A DNA stretch of 64,000 nt from Octopus vulgaris (lineage: Eukaryota): contig OX597830.1 of assembly GCA_951406725.2 (NCBI GenBank), positions 75,144,001-75,208,000 of the forward strand, written 5' to 3'. The notes beneath the pieces are model-generated. The model saw nothing but the letters and a program-made list of their open reading frames with translations, was not told where the DNA came from and did no database searches. The first letter of the stretch is position 1; each line of letters opens with the position of its first letter. The position numbers were made by a program, and so were the translations under genes. Shown one piece after another: positions 13,519-27,964 of the stretch.

Positions 13519-14054
13519 TGTATGTATGTATACGGCCTTTAAGCAGATTCGTGAGTTGATGACGTGCTAGCTGGCCAGCTGATCTTTAACGAATCAGTTG
13601 ATCCGTTGAAGGAATTGCATAGCGTCTCAACAATACCCAATGAATGCTATTAATTCTGCAAGACTGATTAAAGTCGGCTATTAATAATGAAAAGGCGCGT
13701 TTCAACGACTTTGAAATCTAAGTTGAATGCTTGGTGTTTCTCTTGTGTTTGTGCTGTGTTCTCCTCTCTTCTCATCTGTTACAGCATCTCCCAATGTGTG
13801 CGTGTGCGTGTGCCTCTGTGAGTGTGAGTGTGAGTATGTATGTGTGTGTGTGCGTGTATGTATGTGTGTGTATGTGTGAGTGAATGTGTATGTATGTATG
13901 TATGTATGCGTGTATACGTGCGTATGTGTATGTATGTATGTGTGTACCTGAATGTATGTGTGTGTGTGTATACGTGTCTGTGTGTGAGGGTGTGAAACGA
14001 AATCAAGGCACTCATACGTGCCCCCCCCACACACACCGCCTCCACCCCCACCCA

Positions 14055-14182
14055 GCCCCGCCCCGCCCCGCCAACACCTTCATTGCGAGGTGAGAGGCAA
14101 AATCAAAATTACCAAATGAGACCGAATTTTCTATCGCATGGAGCCCTGTTTTAAAATTCTAAAGAGGTGTTGCTATAGCAAC
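14055..14182. promoter_or_regulatory. Candidate regulatory site: tandem GC boxes and palindromic RFX X-box
   Basis: gccccgccccgccccgcc at 14055-14072 and GTTGCTATAGCAAC at 14169-14182. Motif match only. Confidence 0.35.
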
Positions 14183-14579
14183 CATATTCATCCGTTAGTT
14201 TTTCACACACACACGCACGCACACACACATCAAACAAACGCATGTACATCCACTGCACACACACACACACACACGCATACACGCACATACTCACATACAG
14301 ATGCTCAAGCACACCCTGATACTAAACCCTAGCGGTGCACAGATACGAATAGAAACTTGCATGAAAACACACGCACTCTTAAAACGCACATGCGCAATGG
14401 TATCCTGGGGGCTCATATCATACACGAAATGCATTCACACACTAGCGTATAAAAACATTCATACCAAAATACTGTCATATAAACGTATATAACGATTCAT
14501 ATAGACACGTCAGAAATGTGCTCGAATTTTATGTATGTATGTGTATGTATTATGTATGTATGTATGTATGTATGTATGT

Positions 14580-14674
<95 letters not shown>

Positions 14675-14723
14675 CATATATATAGTAACATACATTCCCA
14701 ATATATACGAGGATAAATATGTA

Positions 14724-14785
<62 letters not shown>

Positions 14786-14984
14786 GCGCAATCGTAAACG
14801 AGCGTCCCTAAATATGCGCTTGCATATATAATAACCTTCCTCCTTTATACACACATCGATATATGGATTATTCTGCATCACCTATATTATACTTTCAAAC
14901 ATATTTCTATCAATAACTATTCAAGCTCATTGGATGGTACGAGCATAATAACTTTGAATTCATTTATGTTTTAAAAGGGTTTGA

Positions 14985-15990
14985 AAGTTTGGCACTAGGC
15001 CAGCCATTTTAGCGGGAGGGAGAAATCGATTCATCGATCCCTAACGTTCAACTGGTATTTCTTTTATCGTTTCCGAAACGATGAAAAGGAATGTTGACCT
15101 TGATGGCGTTTGAACCCTGATCATAAAGTCGGAACAAATGCTGCTAAGCATTTTCTCCGGCATGCTAAGCATACAACCAGCCAGCTCCCTTAATACACTT
15201 AATAATCCTTCCTTTTTTAGGCACAAGGCCTTAAATTGGCGGAGTGGGTATAGTCGATTATATCGACTCAATGCTCAACTGATACTCATTTCATTGACCC
15301 CGAAAGGGATGAAATGCAAAGCCAACCTCGGCGGCATTTGAACTCAGAACGTAAAGACGGACGAAATGCTACTAAGTATTTCGTTCGGAGTGTTGACGAT
15401 TCTACCATCCCGACGCCTTAAATAATCCTGTCTATTATACGCACACAGCCTGAAGTTTTGGAGGAAGGGGTTTAATCGATTACAGCGACTCCAGAATTTC
15501 ACTGGTACTTAATTTATCACAATGTCGAATTCGGGGGAATTTGAACTCAGAAATTAAAGACAGCAATTTGCGGGAAGTGGATAAATCGATTACACAGACT
15601 CCAGTGTTCAAATGGTAGGAATTTTATCGACCCCGAAGGGTAAAAAGGCAAAGTGGAACTTGGCAGAATTAGAACCCGGAACGTAAAGGCTGTCGAAATG
15701 CAGCTCAGCATTTTGTTGAGCGTGATAACCATTTCACCAGCTCGCTACCTTACATATAGATATTATTAAGAAGCAATATGCAGACGACGAGTTGGTAGAA
15801 TCGTTAGCACGCCGGGCAAGATGCTTAGCGGCATTTCGCCCGTCGCTACGTTCTGAGTTCAAATCACGCCGATGTCGACTTTGCCTTGCATCCATTCTAG
15901 GCCGATAAAATAAGTACCAGCTGAACTCTGGGTGACGCAAACCGCTTACTCCTCCCCCAAAATCACTAGCTTCGTACCAAAATTTGAGAT
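14985..15990. mobile_element. Cluster of Meta-domain-type SINE copies (several -, last +)
   Basis: Repeated gaactcagaacgtaaagacggacgaaatgc / atcgaccccgaaggg units; + copy gttctgagttcaaatcacgccg at ~15850. Confidence 0.8.
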
Positions 15991-16641
15991 CATTGTTAAC
16001 ACGTAAGATAACAAAAATGATATGCTGTAGCTCTGTCTGCTTCGACGATGACTATTCCTTTCGTTACTTCAGCTAAACTCCCTCTTCACGGAATATGTGT
16101 ATGAATGACCAGCTTGTTACAAACATTTGTGTCTTTAATGTTATTTTCATGTAAAATCAACGAGACTCGGTATATGAAGAGGCTGGATTTTCAGTTTCAT
16201 GTACAGTTGTCTCGAGATGCCTTCGCAATTCCATTCTATCAAATTTCAAGATTTGGGTCGAGTAAACACGAAGTTAGAAGACGTTTAAACGAGATTTCAC
16301 TCACGGCGATTGAAACCAAAATTATAGGAAGCTATAACGTTTGGCCATGCTAGATTCAGTACTATGAATATGCTTATATATTAGGCATTTACGTAGTAGA
16401 ACTCACACACATACACACACGCAGTCAGACACACACACACACACGTGTATGTAAATACGATAATTCATTTTGTTACTAATGGAGTTTCTCGTTAAGTATT
16501 CTTTTTCCAGACCACATAATATTTGTAAGATATATATACAGCACGTATAGAAAAACTCTGAGTGACGAAAGAGAGAATAATCGCCGTCGAAGGAATTAAG
16601 CGTGCTATATAATATACATACATGTATGCACACATGCCTCC

Positions 16642-16733
<92 letters not shown>

Positions 16734-16756
16734 GGATCAAACGCAATATTACCCGA

Positions 16757-16796
<40 letters not shown>

Positions 16797-16803
<7 letters not shown>

Positions 16804-17085
16804 ATCACGTGACCGACCAGGACCATCAGATGTTGTTACACATCGCTGGTCCCAATGCGTTCGCATTGTTTTAGCCTTCGAGTGACGCCACCCCGCTGGC
16901 TAAGCGAGCAGGCAAACAGAAGAAAGAGTGGGAGAAAGAGTGGTGGAAGAGTACAGCAGGGATCACCACCCCCTGCCAGAGCGTCGTGGAGCTTTTAGGT
17001 GTTTTTGCTCAATAAACACTCACAAGGCCCGGTCTGGGAATCGAAACCGCGATCCTACGACCGCGAGTCCGCTGCCCTAACCCTA
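16797..17085 (-). mobile_element. tRNA-head SINE, body type A
   Basis: Head GGTTAGGGCAGCGGACTCGCGGTCGTAGGATCGCGGTTTCGATTCCCAGACC; body ...GCTTAGCCAGCGGGGTGGCGTC...CACGTGATCACGTGAT; same body as the 23226 copy. Confidence 0.85.
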
Positions 17086-17086
17086 A

Positions 17087-17221
<135 letters not shown>

Positions 17222-17297
17222 TAATACAAATAGTGAAAATAAGTGCCACCTCAAGTTGCACAGTGTTATTTGTCAGAAATATATATATAATATATAT

Positions 17298-17347
<50 letters not shown>

Positions 17348-17868
17348 AGAGAGGGAGAGAGAGAGAGAGAGCAAGATTCTCATAAATTCGCATTCTTCTG
17401 CTTCCCAATCAGCTGAGATGGACTGCTCATGTAATACGGATGAGCGTATCCATAAACAAGTATTTTTTTTTTATATTGTGTGCTTTCTACTAGAAAGTGA
17501 AAACTGAGCAAACCAAAATAACAGTAAAAAAGGTGTTAAAAACCAGCCTTGGGTGTGAGGGTGAAAATACCGTACGAAGAAGTTGAATCTATTGATATTA
17601 ATATTGGCGAAAACACATCTGGTCTGGGTAGAAGATTTAGAGGAAAACAAACAACGAAAGTATACAATAATACAATGGAAACGACTAGAAAATAACAGTT
17701 TCTGAAATTCAAAGTTAGCAACATCGTCCGGTTGTCTGCCTTTCTGAGGTTAGTTTAACTTCATACATCAGGACTCGTCGTACAGTTGGTCCAACTGACA
17801 TAAAGTTAATTCCAGCAGATATGCTCATAAGCCATATTTGTAGCAAGACACAAATATGTATTTATTTC

Positions 17869-18150
17869 GTGGAGGCACATGGTCTAGTGGTTAGAGCAGA
17901 GGTCTCGAGGTCGAGGGATCGCGATGTGTGTGTGTTTATGACCGAAACACCTAAGCTCCACGCGGCTCCGGCAGAATGTAATGGCGAACTTCTGACCCTT
18001 TCATCACAAATTTCTCTCACTCTTTTTTCCAACATCTAGCAGCTCAACTGCGACACACCGGCGTCCCGTCCAGGTGGGGAACCCATACACCAATGAAACT
18101 TGAAACTGGCCCTTACGAGCCAGGCATGGCTCGAGAAGGAACAAACAACA
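17869..18150 (+). mobile_element. tRNA-head SINE, body type B
   Basis: GTGGAGGCACATGGTCTAGTGGTTAG..GCTCCACGCGGCTCCGGCAG..CGTCCCGTCCAGGTGGGGAACC..GGCTCGAGAAGGAAC followed by an (AAC)-rich tail. Confidence 0.85.
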
Positions 18151-18934
18151 ACATATATATTTCAAAATAGTAACAGCTTCCATTTCTATGTTTAAACAGA
18201 CATTTAAAGTAAAATATAGCATTCCTTCAGGTTTAAGGGATGATGTAGAGACACACGATGTGTACTGTGAAACAGAATGGATCTGTTAGGCGGCGCGGAT
18301 ATTTTGATGGTGGCGATTTGATACAGCTTACTGTACATGCTTTGGAAGCTGTACATCTTGGCCCTGGAGGTGAATGCATACACGCGCGTGCACATTCATT
18401 TACACATATAAACACTGACATACACACATATGTGTAGAGAAAGAAATATAGACATACAGCGAGGATGAGTGATAGAAGGAAACGAGTGAGGAAGATAGAG
18501 GAAAAGAAAACCAGAAAGATGGAAAAGAGCGGAGAAGAGAGAGAGAGAGTGTGTGTGTGAAAGAGAGACATTTCACATTCATAAAAACTTTGCTAGGTGC
18601 TTGCAAACATAAACATAGAAAGAGGGATGGAAGAGAACGAGAGAAACATTGAAACATCTGTCAAAGAAGTCAGCGCCGAAGCAGCGATGCCAGACGTGCG
18701 ACACCAAAATGACTGGGCCTAAAGGTCTCATACACCTGAGTAATTCTTTCTTGAGTGAATAAAATTTATTAAGGATAGTCAATGGAGTTTCAGATATTGC
18801 TCGGTGATCTTCCATATTATGAGCTTTCTCTCTCTTCGTGATAGCTCTTGGCTGAACCCTTTCTGGAACAGAAGTGTAAACAAATTCCCAGCAATAGCGC
18901 GCTTCAGTTAATGTTTCACCGCCATATCAAAGTA

Positions 18935-19650
18935 TCAGGTCATCTCATAAGTTCTGTCCGAATTTTGAATAAAGAAAACAAGTGATCAAATGTTTTATTT
19001 AATTGAAATTTCATCATCAATGTACTTTCCCTGATAATCTATGACATTCTTCCATCTATTTACAAGCTTTTTAATCCCATCAATGTAAAACTCTTTTGGT
19101 TTCAAAGCGAAGAACTCTGAAATGTTAGTTTCGACCTCCTCCTGGCTGGCGAATGTTATGTCCCCCAAATCATTCTGTAAACTACGAAACAAATGGTAGT
19201 CTGAAGGAGCAAGGTCGGGAAAATAAAGTAGATGAGGAATTTTTTCCCAACAAAGGTCTTCGTTCTTCTGCGATGTGATCTTTGCAGTGTTGGGTGGCGC
19301 ATTGTCCTGACGAAACATCACTCATTTTCGATTCACTAAAGCGGGTCTTTTTTCCTTCAAAGCTTGGTTCAAACGCTCTAATTGCTGACAGTAGACTTGA
19401 ACATTCATTGTTGCATTAGGTGGTATCAATTCAAAGTGAATTGCTCCTTTGCAATCCTACCAGATAGAGAGAAGAACCGTTCCAGATAGAGAGAAGTTCC
19501 CTTCTCGGTTGTGGTTGAGCTTTTTCTCTTTTACCAAGCCAGTTTACGACGTTTAACATTTCGATGGCAGATTCATTTTTCGTCACCAGTCACAAGTCTA
19601 TCGAGAATGGAGAGAAGAGCAGATGTCCACTCGGTTGCTTTTGGACAATT
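18935..19650 (-). mobile_element. Mariner (DD34D) transposase remnant with one TIR-like end
   Basis: VTGDEK* near 19580; ORF 18995..19321 has QDNAPP-[34 aa]-PDLAPSDYHLF; in-frame stops upstream; terminus TA|TCAGGTCATCTCATAAGTTC at 18933. Confidence 0.92.
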
Positions 19651-19769
19651 CTGTCTTCTCCCATCCTTATCATCTTCGTATCATTATCATTCAATTCATT
19701 AATATCTCGTCCAGCCCGCAAAGCTACCCAATCTGTGTACTGTCTTTATGACAAATTTGATGAAAGAAA

Positions 19770-20645
19770 GTAGGTAGGCTGGTTGGTATGTAGGAAGGTA
19801 GGTAGGTAGGCAGGTAGGTAGGTAGGTAGGTAGGTAGGTAGGTAGGTAGGTAAGTAGATTGGTAGGTAGGATGGTTGGTATGTAGGTAGGTAGGTAGGTA
19901 GGTAGGTAGGTAGGTAGGTAGGTAGGTAGGTAGGTAGGCAGGTAGGTAGGTAGGTTGGTAGGTAGGTAGGTAGGTAGGTAGGTAGGTAGGTAGGTACGTA
20001 GGTAGGTACGTAGATAGGTACGTAGGTAGGTACGTAGGTAGGTACGTAGGTAGGTACGTACGTACGTAGGTAGGTAAGTAGATTGGTAGGTAGGTAGGTA
20101 GGTAGGTAGGTAAGTAGACAGGTTGGTAGGAAGGTTGGTAGGTAGGTAGGTAGGTAGGTTAATAGGTAGGTCGGTATGTAGGTGGGTTGGTAGGTAGGTA
20201 GGTAGGTAGGTATGTATGTAGGTAGATAGGTAGGTAGGTAGATTGGTAGGTAGGAAGGTAGGTAGGTAGGTTGGTAGGTACGTAGGTACGTAGGTAGGTA
20301 CGTAGGTAGGTACGTAGGTAGGTAAGTAGATTGGTAGGTAGGTAGGTAGGTAGGTAGGTAGGTATGTAGGTAGGTTAATAGGTAGGTACGTAGGTACGTA
20401 GGTAGGTAAGTAGACAGGTTGGTCGGAAGGTTGGTAGGTAGGTAGGTAGGTAGGTAGGTAGGTTAATAGGTAGGTAGGTAGGTACGTAGGTACGTAGGTA
20501 GGTAGGTAGGTAGGTAGGTAGGTAGGTAGGTGTAGGTGGGTAGGTAGGTAGGTAGGTAGGTAGGTAGGTAGGTAGGTAGGTATGTATGTATGTAGGTAGG
20601 TAGGTAGGTAGGTAGGTAGGTAGGTAGGTAGGCAGGCAGGCAGGT
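19770..20645. repeat. (TAGG)n tetranucleotide satellite with variant blocks
   Basis: ~875 bp of GGTA repeats with recurring variants (taagtagattgg, tacgtagg, taagtagacagg). Confidence 0.95.
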
Positions 20646-21429
20646 ATGCTTATAAGAATTATTTACAAGGGCGCAAAGCAATGTATGTATAACTTTTGCA
20701 AGAGCTCGCAGACAGGTGAGAGTTTCTATTGATGAACGAGGCTTATGTTGAATAGTATTGGTTTGGTGCCAAGTGCATAATCATAGGAGATGGAGTATCT
20801 GACAGAGACAATGATGGTTGAGGGTGGCCGAGAGATCGATAGAAACGTTTAGTGATACATCTAGGAGATGCAACACTGGTTGGAAGTAGAAAAGAGATAT
20901 TTGTGGATGAGATTGTGCAATGGAATTGAGTGTTGGTGACTAGTTTAAAATAGAAAAAGAGAAGAGAAGAGGCTGGGAGACAGCATTGAAAATGTTGCTA
21001 GTTCAATGCAAAAAGAATTCTTGTGTACACAAACCGAATCGATCGGTCATCGATGTATCAAAAGTGGCCAAATCTATTTATTCGTTCTAAAGAAGCCGAC
21101 AAGTCACATAGCATTACAGTGTCACTGACTAGTGACATTAATGATAGTTCCACCATGTCATCGAATTATATAAAAGAATCCAAAAACAAACTCGTGATCA
21201 TAATTAAAGCAAAAATCAAATAAACGATGGTAAAGTTGTCTGAGATGTTAGATTGGTAAGGAAAGGTTGTCTATTAAAGGATGAATAAATATAATTCATG
21301 TGGAAGTCACAAGCTATTTAACGAATGTATGCATGACATCGATATGAAACAACAAAGGTTTGAAATTTTCGAAAAGAACGTCGAAGAAATTAAAGAATGT
21401 AGTTAACTTGGTAATAATTTTAATCATTA

Positions 21430-21430
<1 letters not shown>

Positions 21431-21518
<88 letters not shown>
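21431..21518. repeat. (GTC)n(GTA)n compound microsatellite
   Basis: Seen directly. Confidence 0.95.
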
Positions 21519-21519
<1 letters not shown>

Positions 21520-22268
21520 ATAATAACTGAATTTTTTTAGAAATTTCTGTCGGCTTACTTCGAGACACGTGCTTATAGTGATAAATTATATGGCTATCGA
21601 CGATTTGTCTATTTTCGGCATATTTAGCATTAGAATTTTTTTTCTTTTGCCCTCGTTTATAAGTTGTGTGTATATGTATATATATATATATATGTGTATG
21701 TATATATGTATGTATGAATGTATGTAAATGTTTCTGTGTGTATATATAAGTGTGTGTGGTTTTGTGTTGGTGCTCGTCTCACAACACCGCTAACAATCGG
21801 TGTTGGTTTGCTTACGTCTCTGTAACCTAGAGTTTCAGCAAAAGGTGACCGGCCGAATAAGTACGAGACTTAAGAAAATAACTACTAGAGTAGATTTGTT
21901 CGACTAAGCCGTTGAAAGCGGTGCTCCAGCATGGCTTCAGTCTAATTACTGAATGAAGTAAGTACAAATGATGTGTGGTGGCGTAGGGAGAGTGAGTGTG
22001 GAGGTAGAAGGTGACATGTACTCAAAATTCGGCATTGTGACACTAATTATGCAGTTGATAATTTGCATAGCGGGAATATATAATGAGTATTTGAAAACAG
22101 TCATTGTATAATTTGCCGAGCACCGATGAGGCATCTTAACAGGATCATATAATGTGTCAAATTTAATTAAGCAACGGTGACAAAGATTTGCCGAAACGCG
22201 TGTCTGAATTATAAAGCATGAAAAAAGTTTTCTGCGTTTTATTAATACTATATGATTGTGCGTACGCA

Positions 22269-22333
<65 letters not shown>

Positions 22334-22837
22334 TATAGAGACAGAGAGAGAGAGAGAGAGTTTTGCCCAATAAAATGTTCTCAAATGAATAAGTGAAGAC
22401 TGCTTCCTCTCAATGTAGCAGTTCTGTGCCTACATGTTTCTAGGTCCGTAGCCTGCATGAGAAAATCGCAGCCATGTAGGATAACATTACGTATTCAGAA
22501 CAACCCTGACACATTAATGTTATATTCTTTTCTAGCCTAATCACAAGAACCGAAATTTTTAGGGAGGGTGCCAATCGATTAGATCGACCCATCTATGCAA
22601 CTGGTACTTAATTTATCGATCCCAAAAGTGGGAAAGGCAAACTCAACCAAGAATTCACAACGACCTCGAACCCACTGGAGTAAACAAGAGAGACAAAGAA
22701 ATGCAGAAACAAGGAAAATGCCAAATGTATTTGAACACTATACAAACATGCTTTTTAAAGAAAAAATTCTTTTAATTTTTGTAAATTTAATTGTTTTCCA
22801 TACTTACAGTTGAAACAATCTCAATGACTAAAACCGC

Positions 22838-23130
22838 ATGCATCTATGTATGAATGCATGTAAACATGTAACTATCTATGCATGTATGTATGTGTGTATG
22901 TATATATACATGCATCTATGTATGAATGCATGTACACATTTACTTATGTATGCATGTATGTATGTATACATGTATACGTGCATATATGTATGAATGCATG
23001 TATACATTTACTTATGTATGCATGTATGTATGTGTGTATGCATGTATACATGCATCTATGTATGAATGCATGTATACATTTACTTATGTATGCATGTATG
23101 TATGTATACACGTATGCATGCATCTATGTA
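22838..23130. repeat. ~70-bp minisatellite (~4 units)
   Basis: Unit gcatctatgtatgaatgcatgtatacatttacttatgtatgcatgtatg.. recurs, with variation, at ~22840, 22912, 22980 and 23052. Confidence 0.85.
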
Positions 23131-23225
23131 TGTATGTAAGTATGTATATCTGTATGAATACAGGTATACATGTACGTATGTATGCATGTATGTATACATA
23201 ATATGTATGTGTATATGTATGTATG

Positions 23226-23530
23226 TGTGGAGGCGCAATGGCCCAGTGGTTAGGGTAAGGGGCTTTCGGTTTCGAAACTCTCGGTTTCGATTCCCAGACC
23301 GGGCGTTGTGTGTGTTTATTGAGCGAAAACACCTGAAAGCTCCTAGAGGCTCCGGCAGGGTGTAGGGATCCCTGCTGTACTCTTTCACCACTGTTTTTCC
23401 CACTCCTTCCTCTGTTAGCCTGCTCGCTTAGCCAGCGGGGTGGCGTCGTTCAAAGGCTAAAACAATGCGAACGCATTGTGACCAGCGATGTGTAACAACA
23501 TCTGATAGTCGGGTCGGTCACGTGACGTGA
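23226..23530 (+). mobile_element. tRNA-head SINE, body type A
   Basis: GTGGAGGCGCAATGGCCCAGTGGTTAGGG..GGTTTCGATTCCCAGACC..GGTCGGTCACGTGA. Confidence 0.87.
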
Positions 23531-24049
23531 TATGCATGTATGTATTTACTTAGGTATAAATAAAGTTGTCCGTGGTGAGGTTCATCACTCTGAAACGTCT
23601 TGAAATAGTTCATGACTATGATAGTTCTTTAAAATTTTCATGTCTGCGGTCTTTAGAATATAACTACATTCGATCCTACTTGTCCTGCCAACGTGTTTGC
23701 GTGTGAGAGACTGTGTGTGTGCGCGCACACGTATTTGTCTGCGTGTGTTTGTGCGTGTGCAAGTGTCTGTCTGTGCGTGTGAGATTGGTGCGTATGTACG
23801 TTTGTTGGTTATTTACACGTTTTTAGAGACACACACGTATATGTGTGTGTGTATATATATATATATATGCACACACACACACATACACACACACACACAC
23901 ACATATATATATGTATACATGTATATATCTATATATTATAAATATATATACATACACACACACAAACACACATATATACATATATATATATATATATGCA
24001 AAAATACATAGATATATTCATACGCAGCATCTCATTCTTATATATATAT

Positions 24050-24115
<66 letters not shown>

Positions 24116-24275
24116 TTATGTATGTATGTATAGTCAAGCACAGCTATATATATATATACTTATATGCATATACACAAAGTTAGCCTGCATTTGATATGCA
24201 AATTTTTTTTGTTTATTATGAAAGCATCCAATTTAGAAGTTATCTCTGAAAACACCTCCATCCACTTATCCCACG

Positions 24276-24309
<34 letters not shown>

Positions 24310-24887
24310 ACATGCACGCTCATACTAACACACACTTACACGTTTCCCGCCAAAACCTTCTCTTCTCGCCACGACTTACCATCGTATAATCTTTGACTTA
24401 TATTCTGGTAGATAGTATTTTCATTTTTCATTATCAATTCGATTACTTGTAAAGATCATACATCAAAGACACAATATGATAATATTACGAGAACCGGTTG
24501 ATTTCGCGAAAAAAAAACAAAAAAAAACAAAGAAAAAGTAAATAAAAAACATAAACAAGTAAAAACCGCACAAATAAGAATAAATAAAAGAGACAGAAAA
24601 GCAAAATTAGAAAACTAGTACAAAAATAAAAATAAAAAATAGGAACCAAAATTTTGACTATATTCCTCTATGTGTATATATATATATATATATATATACT
24701 CATATATATACACAGACTCACACATATGTATATATGTATGTGTGTAAATATATATATATATATATACACGTAACACACATATTGATAGATAGCTAGAAAG
24801 ATAGACAGATTTATACATGTAGATGTACATGTATATACGTATATAAGTACATTTTTCTGTATATTTTCACGTATATACATGTGTATA

Positions 24888-24930
<43 letters not shown>

Positions 24931-25664
24931 TATATATATATAAGTATATATATATATATATATATTCTCACGCACACATTCCTACACAAACAGAGACAAA
25001 CACAAAACCTTTGTCTCTTACAAGTCTGATATGATCAATTTGTGGTATATATGTTTGTGAGTGTGTGATTACGTACATATATATGTATATATGTGTATAC
25101 ATACTCATACGTATATATATATATGTATAGAATATATCTCTAATCTATTATATGAAAGATTCTTTCGTATCTGTTATCTGTCTATCGAGTTAGCTTGCCT
25201 TGTGTGCGAATATCTATCTGCGTATGGGAATGCAAGGTTCTGTGTATGTAGTCATAAATGTGTTTGTGTATTTGAAACTTAATGTGTAAATTTAATTATG
25301 AGTTTATATTTATATATATGTATGTGTGATTGCTTGAGTATATATGTATTATACACACACAATGTATATATATATATATACATACAAACATACACATATA
25401 TGTATACACATGTATGCATGTATATATATATATAGACTCATACACACATATATGCATACGTACATATATGAAGGAAGAAATACAATTCGGCTTGTTTATA
25501 GTTCTACATATATATATAAATATATGTGTGTGTGTGTATCTATATACGTATTTATATATAATATATTTGTATATATATATATACTCTCATATATCCTTGT
25601 GTTTACACACATACACAACTATATTCACACACACACATGTATATATACATATATTTATGGATAT

Positions 25665-25701
<37 letters not shown>

Positions 25702-25806
25702 CGTATATATATGTATATACATCATTTTAGGGTTTTGTATTAATGATGATTTTAAATAACAACCACAATAATAACAATTTCGACAACAGCACAAATACCA
25801 ATAATT

Positions 25807-25882
<76 letters not shown>

Positions 25883-26444
25883 TAATAATAATGATAACAA
25901 GAACAACAACAACAACAAAATTTTCCCGACGACAGATCTCCAAAACTGTTGTTATTTTTAATATCGTGACTTTCCATTAATTAGATAAAAGTCCGATAAT
26001 TTTAATTATAATGTCTTGTTTATAGTAAATATCTTCAACAAATATTTATTTATGAAATTGTCGCAAAATCTTTGTTTAACATTTTATCTTTTTTTTTTTA
26101 CCACAATGTTTTTTTTTTGTTTTTGGTGAATTAATACATTTATATATTTTTAATTTATTTCCTCATTAATATTTTTAATTTTTAATTACTTTTTACATTT
26201 AGTTTACGGGAATAAAATTAATTTTTTTTGCTGTAGCATTACTGCATTTTAAAAGTCATTCGTTAATTATCGTAACATATGTGTTTATTTGTTATAGACT
26301 TGTTGCTTTGGGAATAAACTGAAATAGTAAGGGTTAGACGAGTATGTTTAAATATAGGGAGAGTTTACGAAAATAAACAAAAGACGAAGACAGGTGGTGT
26401 GCAAAACAAACAGACGTATTGGTATAACGCTCAGAAATAGTAAA

Positions 26445-26486
26445 GTCTTTTACGTTTCGAGCCTACGCTCTTCTACAGAAAGGGAC
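26445..26486 (-). ncRNA. Degenerate minimal type I hammerhead-like motif
   Basis: cttt CTGTAGA A GAGC-gtag-GCTC GAAA CG TA aaag. Stems I and II pair, but the core has U at the invariant A6 position. Confidence 0.4.
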
Positions 26487-27907
26487 ACAGAAAAAAAACA
26501 AGGAGACAATAAAAATGTGTGTAGTGGCTAAGTGTAAAATGTCAGTGTATTCGGGCATTCACTAACGATTTTCCATAACTAGAGGAAACCTAGAACTTAT
26601 TTCTCTTTAAACCTTGTAATTATTCTATTGTCTCTTTTGCAGAACTTCTAAGTGACCGGGACATATCAAGTGGTGGTGTTGGTGGGGGCCAAGTACAAAT
26701 ACAAAGACACAAGCACTCACATATATAGATACACACACACACACACACACATATATATGTCTATCTATTTACCTATCTATCTATATCTATATATGTGTGT
26801 GTGTCTGTCTGTGTATATATATATATATATCAATACAAAATGGGACAAGAACGCAAAATATCCGGACAGTTAGGTGATACAAAAAGGAACAAAAAAACAT
26901 CCAATTAGACGATACAAAGAAAACATGGACGGGCCATTCGAAGTTTTATTTTCACAGTCAAGCATCAGATTATCCTCGCAATTTCGACTGATTATTCTTG
27001 AGATTGCTCCAATCTGGCCATCCCTAAGGAAAAACTAAGCTAAGAGCATTAGATTCCTTGGAAGAATGCAGCGAATGTATAAAAAAAACAAGGATAGAAA
27101 AACGGACAATTTTACACAAATATAAATATAATAAAAATAATAACAGGACATAACAACATGTGTCTTTCGACTAAGGATGAATTGAATTAAGCTTACGCGT
27201 TTGGAAATGAAGCCTTACGGAGATACAAAGATTTCACAAACACACGTGGGAAGAGAAGAGAGAGAAGTAGATGGACAGAAGAATTAAAGAGGGGCGAGAA
27301 AAACTGACAGGGACACAGTGAATTGAAAAGTTGATGGAAAGTGAGTAAGAAGAGAAAGCAAAGAAATGTGAGAGAGGGGGAACGAAAGAACGTGGAGTGG
27401 ATTGAACGAATAAAAGTGAAAGGGTATATATTCCGGTATATATTTTATCGAATACTCTATTCTGAATCATTAAATTATTTTAGAAGTAAACACAACAACT
27501 CATTCTAAGATAATTACCGTTGTTACAACACCGGATTATCATTCTAGGGCCAAATAAAAAAAACAGAACATCATAATTTACAGTTCCTATCTTAATTATA
27601 AGTGTTCCTTTACTTATTTACAATAGAAAGGATAAGAACGAGACTATAAAACGAATGAGGTGATTAAAAATATTTTTTTTTATTTTGTTATGGCGAAAAC
27701 ATAATATGTTAACATACTCCGCAGCTAAACATTCATTTGAAATATTTTAGCTGCAATAAATATCAAAAATATGTAAATTCACTTAAAATTCAAAGAGCAA
27801 TGCAGATTCACATGTATTAGTTACCTTTGTTGCATACATCCATGCGCATATTTCTTTACAAGCACCTATACAGATTCACTTGCATATATATGTATAGATG
27901 CATATTA

Positions 27908-27960
<53 letters not shown>

Positions 27961-27964
<4 letters not shown>

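Noticed and set aside
18224-18390. Possible exon after ccttcag acceptor, or miRNA hairpin
   Set aside because: All three + frames hit stops quickly, and the hairpin (tacagctt/aagctgta) is too short for a pre-miRNA.
20700-21010. Possible ancient LINE 3' fragment (SFINRNSHL on the minus strand)
   Set aside because: A single weak motif is insufficient to call.
23565-23605. Hammerhead-like gtggtga..gaaacgtc
   Set aside because: The core deviates at several invariant positions and stem I does not pair convincingly.
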